A stretch of DNA of 64,000 bases from an uncultured beta proteobacterium. Lineage in GTDB: Bacteria; Pseudomonadota; Gammaproteobacteria; Burkholderiales; JACQAP01. The notes below the pieces were generated by a model. That model was not told the DNA's origin and searched no databases. It saw only the letters and a program-made list of their open reading frames with translations. Made by a program: the position numbers and the translations under genes. The stretch covers positions 15,654-79,653 of the forward strand of contig CAVOIO010000034.1 in the NCBI GenBank assembly GCA_963695915.1, in the 5' to 3' direction. Numbering within the stretch: the stretch's first letter is position 1; every line of letters starts with the position of its first letter. Of the stretch, positions 50,435 to 60,901 are shown piece after piece.

Positions 50435-51491
50435 CTATTTCGCCTTGATCTCGGTCCAGATGCGGTTGAGCAGCTGGCGTTCCTTGGGCGTCATGTCCTT
50501 CAACTGCTCCAGCCGCTTCGCCGATTCCGCATCCGGGAATACCGCCTTGTTGTTCTTGATCTCCGGCTTGATGGTCTTCATTGCGTCGGTATTCGGATTG
50601 CCCGAGCCGATCATGTTGGTGAGGTCCGCGGAGTTCTTGCCGTCGAGCATGAAATTGATGAACTGGTGCGCAAGGTCCGGCCGCGGCGCGGTCTTCGCGA
50701 TCACCATCGCGTCCAGCGCCAGCACCGCACCTTCCTTCGGCAGGCTGTGGCGGATGCGGAACTTCTGCTTGGCTTCCTGCGCCCCGAGGTCGGCCTGGAA
50801 GATGTCGTTCGAGTAGCCGTGCACCACCCAGAGATTTCCGGTGGATAAGTTCCTTGATGTAACCCTGCGCCATGAAGGCCGCCCAATAGGGCTTGGCCTT
50901 GACGATGACGTCGCTAGCCTGCTTCCAGTGCTTGGGATCGCGGTCGTTCACCGAGTAACCGAGGTACTTCAGCGCCGCCGCCATCAGCTCGCTCTGGCTG
51001 TCGAGTACGGTCACGCGGCCCTTGATCTTCGCGAGGATCTTGGGGTCGAAGATCACCGCCCAGGAATCGACCGTGATGCCCAGTTCCTTCATCTTCTGCT
51101 CGTTGTAGCCGATCAGCGTGATCGACATCGCGTACGGCGCCGAATACTTGTTGCCCGGGTCGAATTCGGTGTTCAGGTACTGCGGCATGACGTTCTTGAA
51201 GTTGGGGATCTTGCTCTTGTCCAGCGGCTGCAGCCAGCCGGCCTTGGCCATGCCGGCGACGTAGTTCGACGTCGGCACGATGACGTCGTACCCTTTGGCG
51301 CCGGCGGCAAACTTGGCGATCACTTCCTCGTTGTCGCCGAAGTAGTCCTGCACCACCTTGCATTTGCAGGACTTCTCGAAACGCTCCACCGTCTCCGGCG
51401 CGATGTAGTCGTTCCAGTTGTACAGATGCAATTCGTCCTTTGCCAGCGCCGGCAGGCTTGCGAGCAGCAGCAGGGACAGCAGCTTCTTCAT
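50435..51491 (-). pseudogene. potD: spermidine/putrescine ABC transporter substrate-binding protein, one frame change
   Basis: Signal peptide MKKLLSLLLLASLPALA, then ELHLYNWNDYIAPE. Frame change near 50835 (..YIKEL..|..VVHGYSNDIFQA). Confidence 0.85.
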
Positions 51492-51614
51492 GGTCGCTCT
51501 CCGTAGTTGTGGGATACCGATCCTCTAAACGCCTAGGTTATGAAATCACGCCCGCCGCAGTCCAGAGGCTATTCGGAGGATACATCCCGGCGCACCGGCG
51601 ATCCGCGCGGAATC

Positions 51615-52388
51615 TCACTGACTGCGCAGTGCGCCGGGAGACAGCTTCGAGGCGATCAGTATCAGCGCCAACGTCAGCAGCATCAGCAGCGTTGACACGG
51701 CGTTGACTTCGGGCGTCACGGCGATCTTCACCATGGTGTAGATCTGCAACGGCAGTGTGGAGGAACCGACGCCCGCGGTGAAGAAGGTGATGACGAAGTC
51801 GTCGATCGACAGCGTGAACGCCATCAGCGCGCCGGCCACCACCCCAGGCATGATCAGCGGCAGGGTCACCAGGCGAAATGCCTGCCACGGCGTGGCGCCC
51901 AGGTCGCGGGCCGCCTCGGTCAGGCTCTCATCCATGCCGGCGAGCCGCGAGCGCACCACGATGGCGACGAAGCCGACGCAGAAGGCGATGTGGGACAGAA
52001 CGATCGACACCATGCCCAGCGTAATGTTGAGCATGACGAAGAAAATCAGCAGCGAGACGCCCATGAGGATCTCGGGAATCGCGATCGGCGCCAGCACCAG
52101 CACCGGCAGCAGTCGCATCTTGTAGCGGTACATCGCGTAGCCGGCCATGGTGCCGAGGACGGTGGAGACCGCACTTGCGGTCAGCCCGATCACGAGCGAG
52201 TTCCATGCCGCCTTCAGCATCTTTTCGTTGCCGAAGAGCTTCTCGTACCAGGACAGCGTGAAGCCGACCCATTCGGCATTGAGCCGCGAATCGTTGAAGG
52301 AATAGGCGACCACGATCACCAGCGGCGCATACAGAAAAGCGTAGGCAAGGAAGCCGGCAAACCAAAGCCAGGGCGAACGGCGGTTCAT
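51615..52388 (-). CDS. potC: spermidine/putrescine ABC transporter permease PotC
   Basis: MNRRSPWLWFAGFLAYAFLYAPLVIVVAYSFN.. and EAARDLGATPWQAFRLVTLP (EAA loop). 257 aa, intact. The ATG overlaps the potB stop. Confidence 0.9.
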   Translation of the reverse strand: MNRRSPWLWFAGFLAYAFLYAPLVIVVAYSFNDSRLNAEWVGFTLSWYEKLFGNEKMLKAAWNSLVIGLTASAVSTVLGTMAGYAMYRYKMRLLPVLVLAPIAIPEILMGVSLLIFFVMLNITLGMVSIVLSHIAFCVGFVAIVVRSRLAGMDESLTEAARDLGATPWQAFRLVTLPLIMPGVVAGALMAFTLSIDDFVITFFTAGVGSSTLPLQIYTMVKIAVTPEVNAVSTLLMLLTLALILIASKLSPGALRSQ

Positions 52389-53277
52389 ACCCGCGCTCTC
52401 CTGCCCACCCAGGCGGCCAACCCGGCCAGCCCCACCGCCATGACGGTCAGCACCATCGACAGCACGCTCCCGAAGGGCCAGTCGCGGGTGTCGAGAAACT
52501 GCTGCTTGATCACGTTGCCGATCATGATGCCCTCGGTGCCGCCGAGAATGTCGGGAATGGCGAAGATGCCGAGAGCGGGGATGAACACCAGCGCCGCGCC
52601 GGCGTACACCCCCGGCAGCGACAGCGGGAACGTGACCCGCCAGAAGCGCTGCCAGGCGTTCGCGCCCAGGTCCTGCGCGGCATCGAGCAGCGCCGGGTCG
52701 TGCTTCTCCAGGTTGGCGTACAGCGGCAGCACCATGAAAGGCAGGTGCACGTACACCAGGCCGACGATCACCGCGAACGGCGTGAACAACAGCGACACCG
52801 GCTCGAAGCCGAAGAAGCCGATGAACGGCGTTCAGCGCGCGCACGAACACCGACTGCGGCCCGAGGATGATCATCCAGGCGTAGACGCGGATCAGGAAGT
52901 TCGACCAGAACGGCAGGATCACCAGCAGCACCAGCAGGTCGCGGTGTTTTTTCGGGCTGCGGGCGATCAGCATCGACAGCGGGTAGGCGATGACCAGGCA
53001 TACCAGCGTGGTGACCGCCGCGTAGGCGAACGACTTGATGAAAAGCTGGGTGTAGAGGAAATCGGAAAAGAAGCGGCCGTAGTTCTCCGCGGTCAGGTCG
53101 AGATGGCCGCCGGCTTCGTCCTCGTAGAACAGCGGCGCCAGGCCGCCGAACTCGCCAGGGTTGCGGAACGACGCGACCACCATGATCAGCACGGGAATGG
53201 CGAAGAACACCAGCAGATAGGCGAGCGGCGGCCCGCTGATCAGCCACTTGTGCAGGCGGTTCTGTTTACGGTGTCAT
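52385..53277 (-). pseudogene. potB: spermidine/putrescine ABC transporter permease PotB, frame broken 2 times
   Basis: MTP|KQNRLHKWLISGPPLAYLLVFFAIPVL.. and ..DAAQDLGANAWQRFWRVTFP (EAA loop). Frame changes near 53268 and 52830. Confidence 0.85.
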
Positions 53278-53302
53278 TTCTCGCTATGAGAACGGAAACC
53301 GG

Positions 53303-53450
53303 AACCGCCAAGACGCCAAGGCCGAAGAAGACCGAATTGATAATTGGTCATCGCGGATATTCCCTGAGAAGTTCGACCGTGAGATCCATCTCCATTGCCG
53401 TTCGCTCGCGTTTCCTCTGAATTCCTTGCGGCCTTGGCGTCTTGGCGGTT
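53303..53450. repeat. tandem-octamer inverted-repeat element (CGCCAAGA type) filling the potA-potB gap
   Basis: aaccgccaagacgccaaggccg (53303-53324) is a perfect 22-nt reverse complement of 53429-53450 (cggccttggcgtcttggcggtt). The spacer is 94 nt. Confidence 0.9.
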
Positions 53451-53476
53451 CAACTGATCTCCAAGCCGTCAGTCGT

Positions 53477-54556
53477 TCAGAAAATGCCCGGCGTCGTACG
53501 CCAGTTCACCTGTACGTCGTCGCCGGCCTCGAAGAATTTGGTGCGCCCCGCCGCGGAGTTGGGCAGCAGCGCCTCGATGCGCTTGCCGCCGGCAAGCTCG
53601 ACGATGTACACGGTGACGTCGCCGAGATAGAGGAAGTCGTACACCTTGCCTGCAAAACGGTTCAGATCCGGCTCGTCGGGCAGATCGCGGCCGATCGCCA
53701 CTTTCTCGGGACGCAACGCCAGCACGCCCCGCAACCCCGGTTGATCGCCTTCCACGTTGAGCGCGGAAACATCGCCGATGCCGTCGAGATGCACCGTCAT
53801 GCGCTCGCCCTGCGCAGGCCTTGATTTCGCCCTCGAGCAGGTTGCACTGGCCGATGAAGTCGGCGACGAAGCGATTCTTCGGGAAAGCCGTAGATCTTCG
53901 ACGGCTCGTCGATCTGTTCGACCCGCCCCTGGTTCATCACCGCGATCCGGTGCGACAGTGCCAGTGCTTCGCCCTGATCGTGGGTCACGTAAACGAAAGT
54001 GACGCCGATTTCTTTCTGCAGGCCGATCAGTTCGAGCTGCACGCTTTCCTTGAGCTTTGCATCCAGCGCCGCCAGCGGCTCGTCGAGCAGCAGCAGCTTG
54101 GGCCGGTTGATCGAGCGCGCGGGCCACCGCCACGCGCTGCTTCTGGCCGCCGGACAGTTCATTGGGATAGCGCCTGTTCATGCCGGTAAGGCGCACGTCC
54201 TCCAGCGCCTCTTCCACCCGCCGGCTGATTTGCGCCGGGTCCGCCTTCGCCATGCGCAACGGGAAGGCGATGTTGTCTTCGACGTTCATGTGCGGAAACA
54301 GCGCGTAGCTCTGGAACACCGTGTGGATGTTGCGGGCTTCCGGCGGAATGCCGGTCATGTCCTGGCCGTCGACGACGATCCTCCCGGCATCGGGCACGTC
54401 GAATCCGGCGATCATCCTCAACAGTGTGGTCTTGCCGCAGCCCGAGGGGCCCAGCAGGGTGAAGAACTCACCGGCCTCGATGCTGATGCTGACGTCGTTG
54501 ACGGCGGCGAAATCGCCGAAGCGACGGGTGACGTTGCGAATCTCGAGTAGCGCCAT
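53477..54556 (-). pseudogene. potA: spermidine/putrescine ABC transporter ATP-binding protein PotA, frame broken 3 times
   Basis: [36 protein letters not shown] and a C-terminal TOBE-like domain. Frame changes near 54125, 53880 and 53825. Confidence 0.9.
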
Positions 54557-54821
54557 GTCCTGCCCTGTGCTCCGCCCTGATTTTGCAAGGCGGCAATTCT
54601 AGCAAGGGCTTGAAAAAGCGGGGGGATTATTGAAGGCGCAGTCGCGGAACAGCGGCATCTGCAACCACGGCAAGTGGCTCGGGAGAACTTTGGGAATCAC
54701 GGATATGCCCCTGGCGGCCGGCATAAAGAAAAGCCGCAAGACCTTGCGGACTTGCGGCTTCCCAGGAGAAACTCCGGCCACCACCCCGTTTCCGGGCGGT
54801 ACCGGGTCGTTGGACCGAGCG

Positions 54822-56413
54822 CTAGAAGAATACGGCAGCGCGCAGGCTGATTACTTTTTCCGAGTCCTGGCGCGCGTGGCTCCCGCTACATCCAAGGGCG
54901 TCACCGCCTGGGCAGGCGATGTCGAGCTGGGCTTGAACTTGGTGTCGGCATAGTTAAGCATGAACCTGACGTTCGGATTCAGAAGCCAGTTGACAGCCCA
55001 CAGTGAGCGTTTCGGCTTTGTCGACGTTCTGCTCGCGCGAACTCGCCGCCGCTGACACTGATATCGGAGGCATCATAAGAGATAGCCGCACGCCAAGTTG
55101 CCATGCTCCGGGCCCGCTACCGGGCTTGAAGTTGTTGTTCGGCTTGATTCCGGAGAATATGCCGCCGCGATAGACGTCCGACCATTTCTCGCCGGTGATG
55201 TTCCAGATCAGTTCGATGTAGTCGGTGTCCACGTCCCCGACGACCGTTTGGCCTGCTGACTGGTGATTCGCGTCGAAGGACGCGGTCACCATCTCGCCCT
55301 GGAACTTGAACGGGCCACACGCCAGCGCCACTCCAGGCCGGTCATTTCCTTGCTTACGTTGGCGTTGATTTCGTCGGCGGCACCGAAATCGGCTGTCGGC
55401 AAGACTGAGCCACCGATCTGTGCGTCGATAGTACGTTAGCTGAGACCCCGATTCTCGCTGCTGAATCCGACGATCGTCGCTCTGGTCGTGGCGCTGCTGC
55501 CGACGAGGTCTGCGATGAAACCGCCGGCCGGATCTGGTAATGACCGTCGGTGCCCGCCACGCCAAGGTGGACCACGCTGTTCGACATTTTGAAAAGCTGC
55601 GCGGCGTTCATGGTAAGCCGCGCGGCGCTCTGAAAGCCGTCGCCTTCGGACTGCTGTCTCGAATCCTGCTGGAAATGGGACACGGCATAAGTGAGGCCTC
55701 TCGATCGGCTCGCCATGGAGCATCACCCCGAGTTTCTTGGCGGGAACCAACTGGTTCACGTAAGAGCGTTCCATGAAATCGATGTTGTTGGAACTGGTCA
55801 GCTCTTCGAGGCTGAACGGCTGCTTGAAGCGACCCATCCGGAACTGAATCGGCTTGACGTAGCCAAGGTTCAACCATGCAGTATCGATCGATCGCCGCTG
55901 CCTACGAGGTTGGTCACTACCTCATAGGTGATGTCATTGAACATCTTGCCGTTGACGCCAGATCCGCGCGCGGCGAATCTCGAAGCCATCTCCAAGCGAA
56001 GCACTGTCGCGGTCGTTGAATTCACCGTACCCGTCCGGAAGATCCCGGTAGTCGAAATGCAGGCGGCCGACGACGGCGATCGAATGCTGGCCGTCAGCCG
56101 ATTCGACCCTCAGCCCCGGGCCTGGGCTGACCTTGGCGCAAATCTTTTGCCTTGGCTTTTTGCTCCTCCTCGAGCGCCGCGTCGAGCGCTTCCTTGCGCT
56201 TCTCGGCGCGTGCTTCGGTGCGCATTTCCTGGTATTCCTCTTCGGAAATCACGCCCTTGTCGTGCAGCTTTTCGACGATGTCCTCCATGTCGACGGCAAA
56301 CGCCGACAGGCGGAAAGCCACAGAACAGCGCTGCGATCGAGGCGGCGAGGGTGAGGCGTTTCGGCGCCCAGTTCCGGCAGGCTGGAGTTGTTCGTCTTGG
56401 TATTCGATCCCAT
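54822..56413 (-). pseudogene. phosphate-selective porin O/P-family outer-membrane porin, heavily disrupted (at least 8 frame changes)
   Basis: taggagaaatcaATG at 56413. Signal-like KRLTLAASIAALFCG, a helical EDIVEKLHDKGVISEEEYQEMR segment, GYVKPIQFRMGRFKQPFSLEELTSSNNIDFMERS (Porin_O_P core) and the C-terminal ..ISLRAAVFF*. Confidence 0.75.
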
Positions 56414-56619
56414 TGATTTCTCCTAAGTTTAAATACCTGACGCGACCACCATTCGGAAGGCCTATGGAGGCGGCAGCGCCCGAATCTGGCAGGAAGTTGC
56501 ATACGGCCGACGCGCCGGTACACCAACGGGCAGGATTTTGGCGACCGATTGTGACAATTTCATTAAACGTCACATAGAGACCGCCAAGGATTGCGGCGTA
56601 GCCGGCAGCGGCGGTCAGA

Positions 56620-58144
56620 TCAGCCAGGCACGCGATCTGCAAGCAGCAGAACGATCAGGAGGACCGACAGGATTCCGGTCAGCAGGCGGTTGTGGCGCCG
56701 CTGACTTTGCAGCAAAGCATCCATTGCCGCGCGCAGGTCGTTGGCAGGACGATCCGATAGCGCGCGATGCACCAGGCGCGGCAACTGCGGCAGCAGCACC
56801 GCCCATTGCGGCGCCTCGTTGCGCAGGTTGCGCAACAGGCCGCGCCAGCCGACCTGCTCGGACATCCAGCGTTCGAGATAGGGTTTGGCCGTTTTCCACA
56901 GATCCAGGTCGGGATCGAGGTCCCTGCCCAGGCCTTCGATGTTGAGCAGGGTCTTTTGCAGCAGCACCAGTTGCGGCTGGATCTCGATGTTGAAGCGGCG
57001 CGAGGTCTGGAACAGACCGCAGCAGCACCTTGCCGAAGGAAATCTCCTTCAGCGGTTTGTCGAAGATCGGCTCGCACACCGCGCGAATCGCGGTCTCGAA
57101 CTCGTCCACGCGGGTCTGCGGCGGAATCCAGCCGGACTCGATGTGGACCTCCGCCACGCGCCGGTAGTCGCGCCGGAAGAAGGCGAGGAAGTTCTGCGCC
57201 AGGTAATTCTTGTCCACCTCGGTGAGCGTGCCCATGATGCCGAAATCCAGCGCGATGTAACGCCCGTCCGGCGCGACGAAGATGTTGCCGGGATGCATGT
57301 CGGCATGGAAGAAACCGTCGCGGAACACCTGGGTGAAGAAGATCTCGACGCCGGCGCGCGCCAGTTTCGGAATATCGATGCCCTGTTGGCGCAGTCTTTC
57401 GACCTGGCTTACCGGCGTGCCGCTCATGCGCTGCATCACCATGACCTGGCTGCTGCAGAAGTCCCAGAAGATCTCCGGCACCCGCAGGAAGCGGAGAGTT
57501 CGTCGAAGTTGCGGCGCAACTGGCTGGCGTTCGCCGCCTCGCGCAGCAAGTCGAGTTCGTCATTGAGGTGCTTCTCGAACTCGCCGACCACTTCCCGCGG
57601 CTTCAGGCGGCGGCCGTCCTTCCACAGCCGCTCGATCAATCCGGCGGCGACATTGAGCAACGCAATATCTTCGACGATGATTCGGTCAGATCCCCGGCCT
57701 CAGGATCTTCACCGCCACTTCGCGCCCGCCGGGCAGTAACGCGAAATGCACCTGTGCCACCGAGGCGCTGGCGACCGCCACGGCGTCGAAGCGCTCGAAC
57801 ACTTCCGAGGCAGGCTTGCCGTAGGCGCGCTCCAGGGACTGGAACACCTGTTCGGCCGCGAACGGCGGCACCTGGTCCTGTAGTTTCGCCAGTTCGTCGG
57901 CGATGTCGAGCGGGATCAGGTCGCGGCGGGTGGACAGCACCTGGCCGAACTTCACGAATATCGGCCCGAGCGCTTCCAGCGCGAGGCGCAGACGCTCTCC
58001 GCGCGGCCGCTCGAGGCGGCGCCAGAACAGCAGCCCCGCAGTCAACACGCGCAATCCGCGCACCCTGGCATGGCCGAGGAAGAACTCGTCCAGCCCAAAG
58101 CGCAACGAGATGTACACGATCTTGAACAGCCGCAGCAGGTGCAT
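56620..58144 (-). pseudogene. ubiB: ubiquinone biosynthesis regulatory protein kinase UbiB (ABC1 family), frame broken 3 times
   Basis: ..[21 protein letters not shown].., ..ASVAQVHFA.. and ..[13 protein letters not shown]... Frame changes near 57680, 57470 and 57010. Confidence 0.9.
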
Positions 58145-58185
58145 GAAAGGTGACGGCGAGTGCGCCGCGCTTTCCTTATGTTCTT

Positions 58186-58780
58186 CTATCTGCCGCGGAC
58201 CGGCCGCGACAGGCGCTCGATGCGCTTGTCCAGGCGCTCCACGGCATCGCGCAGTTCGTCTACCTCGCGCATGAACTCGGCGGCCTGCAAAGGCGTGACC
58301 AGCATACCGACGTTCTCCTCGGTGAGATATTCGGCGGCGTTTTCGGCCAGGCTCATGGCAGCCTGCTTCGGCCACGCGGCGGCCGCCCGTCCTGCCTGCG
58401 CCATGCGATGCGCCGCGATGTCGCCGACCACCCGGCTCAGGTCCTCCTCCACATCCCAGCGCAGGTTGGATGCGACCTGGGAAATGACCGCGGCAAAATC
58501 GGTATCACCGGTGACTTCGGCCTTGCGCCAGGCTTCCTCGCCGTCCGCCAATACCTCGAGCAGCGTGAGGTGCGTGAGCCGGATCGTCACCGCCGGCGCG
58601 GCTTCCGGCAGCGCCGGCTGCAATCTGCCGTCTGCCGCCACCGCCAACGCCAGCCGGGCCGGAAACACGTCGAAAAGCGCAGTCTTGCCGGCGTGTGCAC
58701 TCAGCTTGGCACGCGCCCACGGCGCGGACTCGAGCAGGTGATTGGCGAATGCGACGAAACGCGGCGGCAAGCATCGGCAT
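58186..58780 (-). pseudogene. ubiJ: SCP2-domain ubiquinone biosynthesis accessory factor UbiJ, one frame change near the 5' end
   Basis: Located between ubiE and ubiB. ..[47 protein letters not shown].. The ATG overlaps the ubiE stop. Confidence 0.7.
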
Positions 58781-59518
58781 CAGATCTTGTGGCCGCGGTG
58801 CAAGCGCCACCACCCCGGCGTTGAGGTTGTAGTACTCGACGCGCGCGCAGCCGGCCTGTTCCATCATCCGCTTAAGTTCTTCCTGTCCGGGATGGCGGCG
58901 AATCGACTCGGCGAGGTAGCGGTAGCTGTCCGCATCGTCGGCTACCAGTTTTCCCAGCAGCGGCAACACCTTGAACGAGTAGCCGTCGTACAGCGGCTTG
59001 AGCGGCTCCCACACCTGCGAGAACTCCAGCACCAGCAGGCGCCCGCCGGTGCGCAGCACGCGCAGCATTTCCGCCAGCGCGGTTTCCTTGTGCGTCATGT
59101 TGCGCAGCCCGAAGCCCACCACCGCGCAATCGAAATAGTCGGCCGGGAACGGCAGGCATTCGGCGTCGCACTGCACCACCGGCACGACACGGCCGCGGTC
59201 GAGCAGCCGGTCGCGCCCGCGCGCGAGCATCTCGCCGTTGATGTCGGTCAGCCACACCTGCCCGCTCGCGCCGACCCGCGCCGCGAACAGCGCGGACAGA
59301 TCCCCGGTGCCGCCGGCCACGTCCAGCACCCGGCCGCCTTCCCTCACCCCGCTCATCTGCACCGCGAAGCGCTTCCACAGCCGGTGCATTCCCGCCGACA
59401 TCAGGTCGTTCATCAGGTCGTAACGCGGCGCCACCGAGCGGAATACGCCGGCGACTTTCTTCGCCTTGTCGTCCTCGGCGACCTGCTGGATATCCGAAGT
59501 CGGTGGTTTTCTTTCCAT
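58780..59518 (-). pseudogene. ubiE: demethylmenaquinone/ubiquinone C-methyltransferase UbiE, one frame change near the 3' end
   Basis: ..[36 protein letters not shown]... Removing one base near 58800 gives ..GVVALHRGHKI*. Confidence 0.9.
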
Positions 59519-60000
59519 TCAGAGCTTCTTCCAGCCGGGTTTGGGTTGAGGCTGGGCAGCGGCCGGCACGACCTCGCGGCTGGCGCCTTCTTTCGCCATC
59601 CGGTCCAAGATATTCCTTCCACAAGCTTTCCTTGTCCACGCCCAGTCCGTAAAGATAGTCCCACGAGTACAGCCCGGTGTCGTGACCATCGCTGAAAACC
59701 AGCCGCACCGCGTAGTTACCCGACCGGCTCGACCGCCGCGATCTCGACGTCCTTCTTGCCGGTCTGCAGCACTTCCTGGCCCGGTCCGTGACCGCGCACC
59801 TCAGCCGATGGCGAGTAAACGCGCAACAGTTCGCACTCCAGGCGGAACGAATTGCCGTCGTCGAACGCGACTTCGAGGACGCGCGACTTCTGATGCAGCT
59901 TGATTTCGGTGGGGCGGGGCGCCCCGGGTTGAAGTCCTGCCACAGGAGTTTCTGGCGACGTCGAATCAGGTGCCCCGTGCTGCCGGGAGCGGGACTGCAT
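59519..60000 (-). pseudogene. DUF971 (gamma-butyrobetaine-hydroxylase-N-like) protein, frame broken 2 times
   Basis: ..EIKLHQKSRVLEVAFDDGNSFRLECELLRVYSPSAEV..|GNYAVRLVFSDGHDTGLYSWDYLY.. The stop lies 0 nt from the ubiE ATG. Confidence 0.65.
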
Positions 60001-60060
60001 GATAGCCGCGGGCGGGCATCCGGAACAGCCGGCTCAGCCAGCCTGTCGGCCTGGCAGAAA

Positions 60061-60094
60061 CTGTCACGAGCTTGTAACATTTGCTTCATAGTAT
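60061..60094 (+). promoter_or_regulatory. Pho box (CTGTCACgagcTTGTAAC) plus -10 (TAGTAT) upstream of phoB
   Basis: Two 7-nt repeats with 11-nt periodicity resemble the E. coli consensus CTGTCATA(A/T)A(T/A)CTGTCA(C/T). They lie 10 nt upstream of tagtat and 34 nt before the phoB ATG. Confidence 0.55.
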
Positions 60095-60127
60095 TGCAAA
60101 CGCTCAAATCCGACTGGTACAGCAGCC

Positions 60128-60815
60128 ATGGCAGCCACCATCCTCGTGGTCGAAGACGAACCGGCAATCCAGGAATTGATTGCCTACAACCTGAAACAGG
60201 CCGGCCACCAGCCATTGCGCGCCGACAACGCCGAGCAGGCGATGAACCTGGTCCAGAACGCGCTTCCCGATCTGGTGCTGCTCGACTGGATGCTGCCCGG
60301 GCAGTCCGGAATCGATTTTGCCCGCAGGCTGCGAAGCGACCGGCGAACCCGGACGGTGCCGATCATCATGCTTACCGCCCGCATCCGACGAGCAGGACAA
60401 GCTGACGGGCCTGGATACGGGTGCGGACGACTACATCACCAAGCCGTTTTCGCCGCGGGAGCTGAACGCGCGCATCAAGGCGGTGTTGCGGCGACGCGCG
60501 CCGCAGATGACCGACGACGTGGTGCAACTCGGCGGACTGAAGCTCGATCCGGCCAGCCACCGCATCTCCGGCAACGGCGACCCGGTGATCCTCGGTCCCA
60601 CCGAATTCCGCTTGCTGCATTTTCTGATGACGCACCCGGAACGCGTGCATTCGCGTACCCAGTTGCTGGACCAGGTTTGGGGCGACCATGTCTTCGTCGA
60701 AGAGCGCACCGTGGACGTGCATATCCGGCGACTGCGCAAGGCGCTCGAACCCTCCCGGCTCGACCGCCTGGTGCAAACCGTGCGCGGTACCGGCTACCGC
60801 TTCTCCGCAACCTGA
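60128..60815 (+). pseudogene. phoB: phosphate-regulon response regulator PhoB, one frame change
   Basis: [33 protein letters not shown]..; ..[26 protein letters not shown]..; winged-helix C-terminus ..VRGTGYRF. Frame change near 60385. Confidence 0.9.
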
Positions 60816-60901
60816 CCTGCGGGGCCCCGCTCCGAATCGGCTCCGGCAAATTCTGGGATAATCCGCCCTGGCTAACCCAGAGGACGGAACGCTTGAAGTC
60901 C

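Noticed and set aside
51615-53210. 531-aa ORF suggesting a fused PotB-PotC permease
   Set aside because: The middle third is Arg/Ala-rich nonsense. The true PotB C-terminus is in ORF 52385-52798, and its stop overlaps the PotC ATG at 52388.
56550-56574. CRP/FNR-type site TGTGA...TCACA upstream of the porin
   Set aside because: The half-sites are 15 nt apart rather than 6. It also does not fit the direct-repeat Pho-box pattern. I noted it only as an unexplained inverted repeat.
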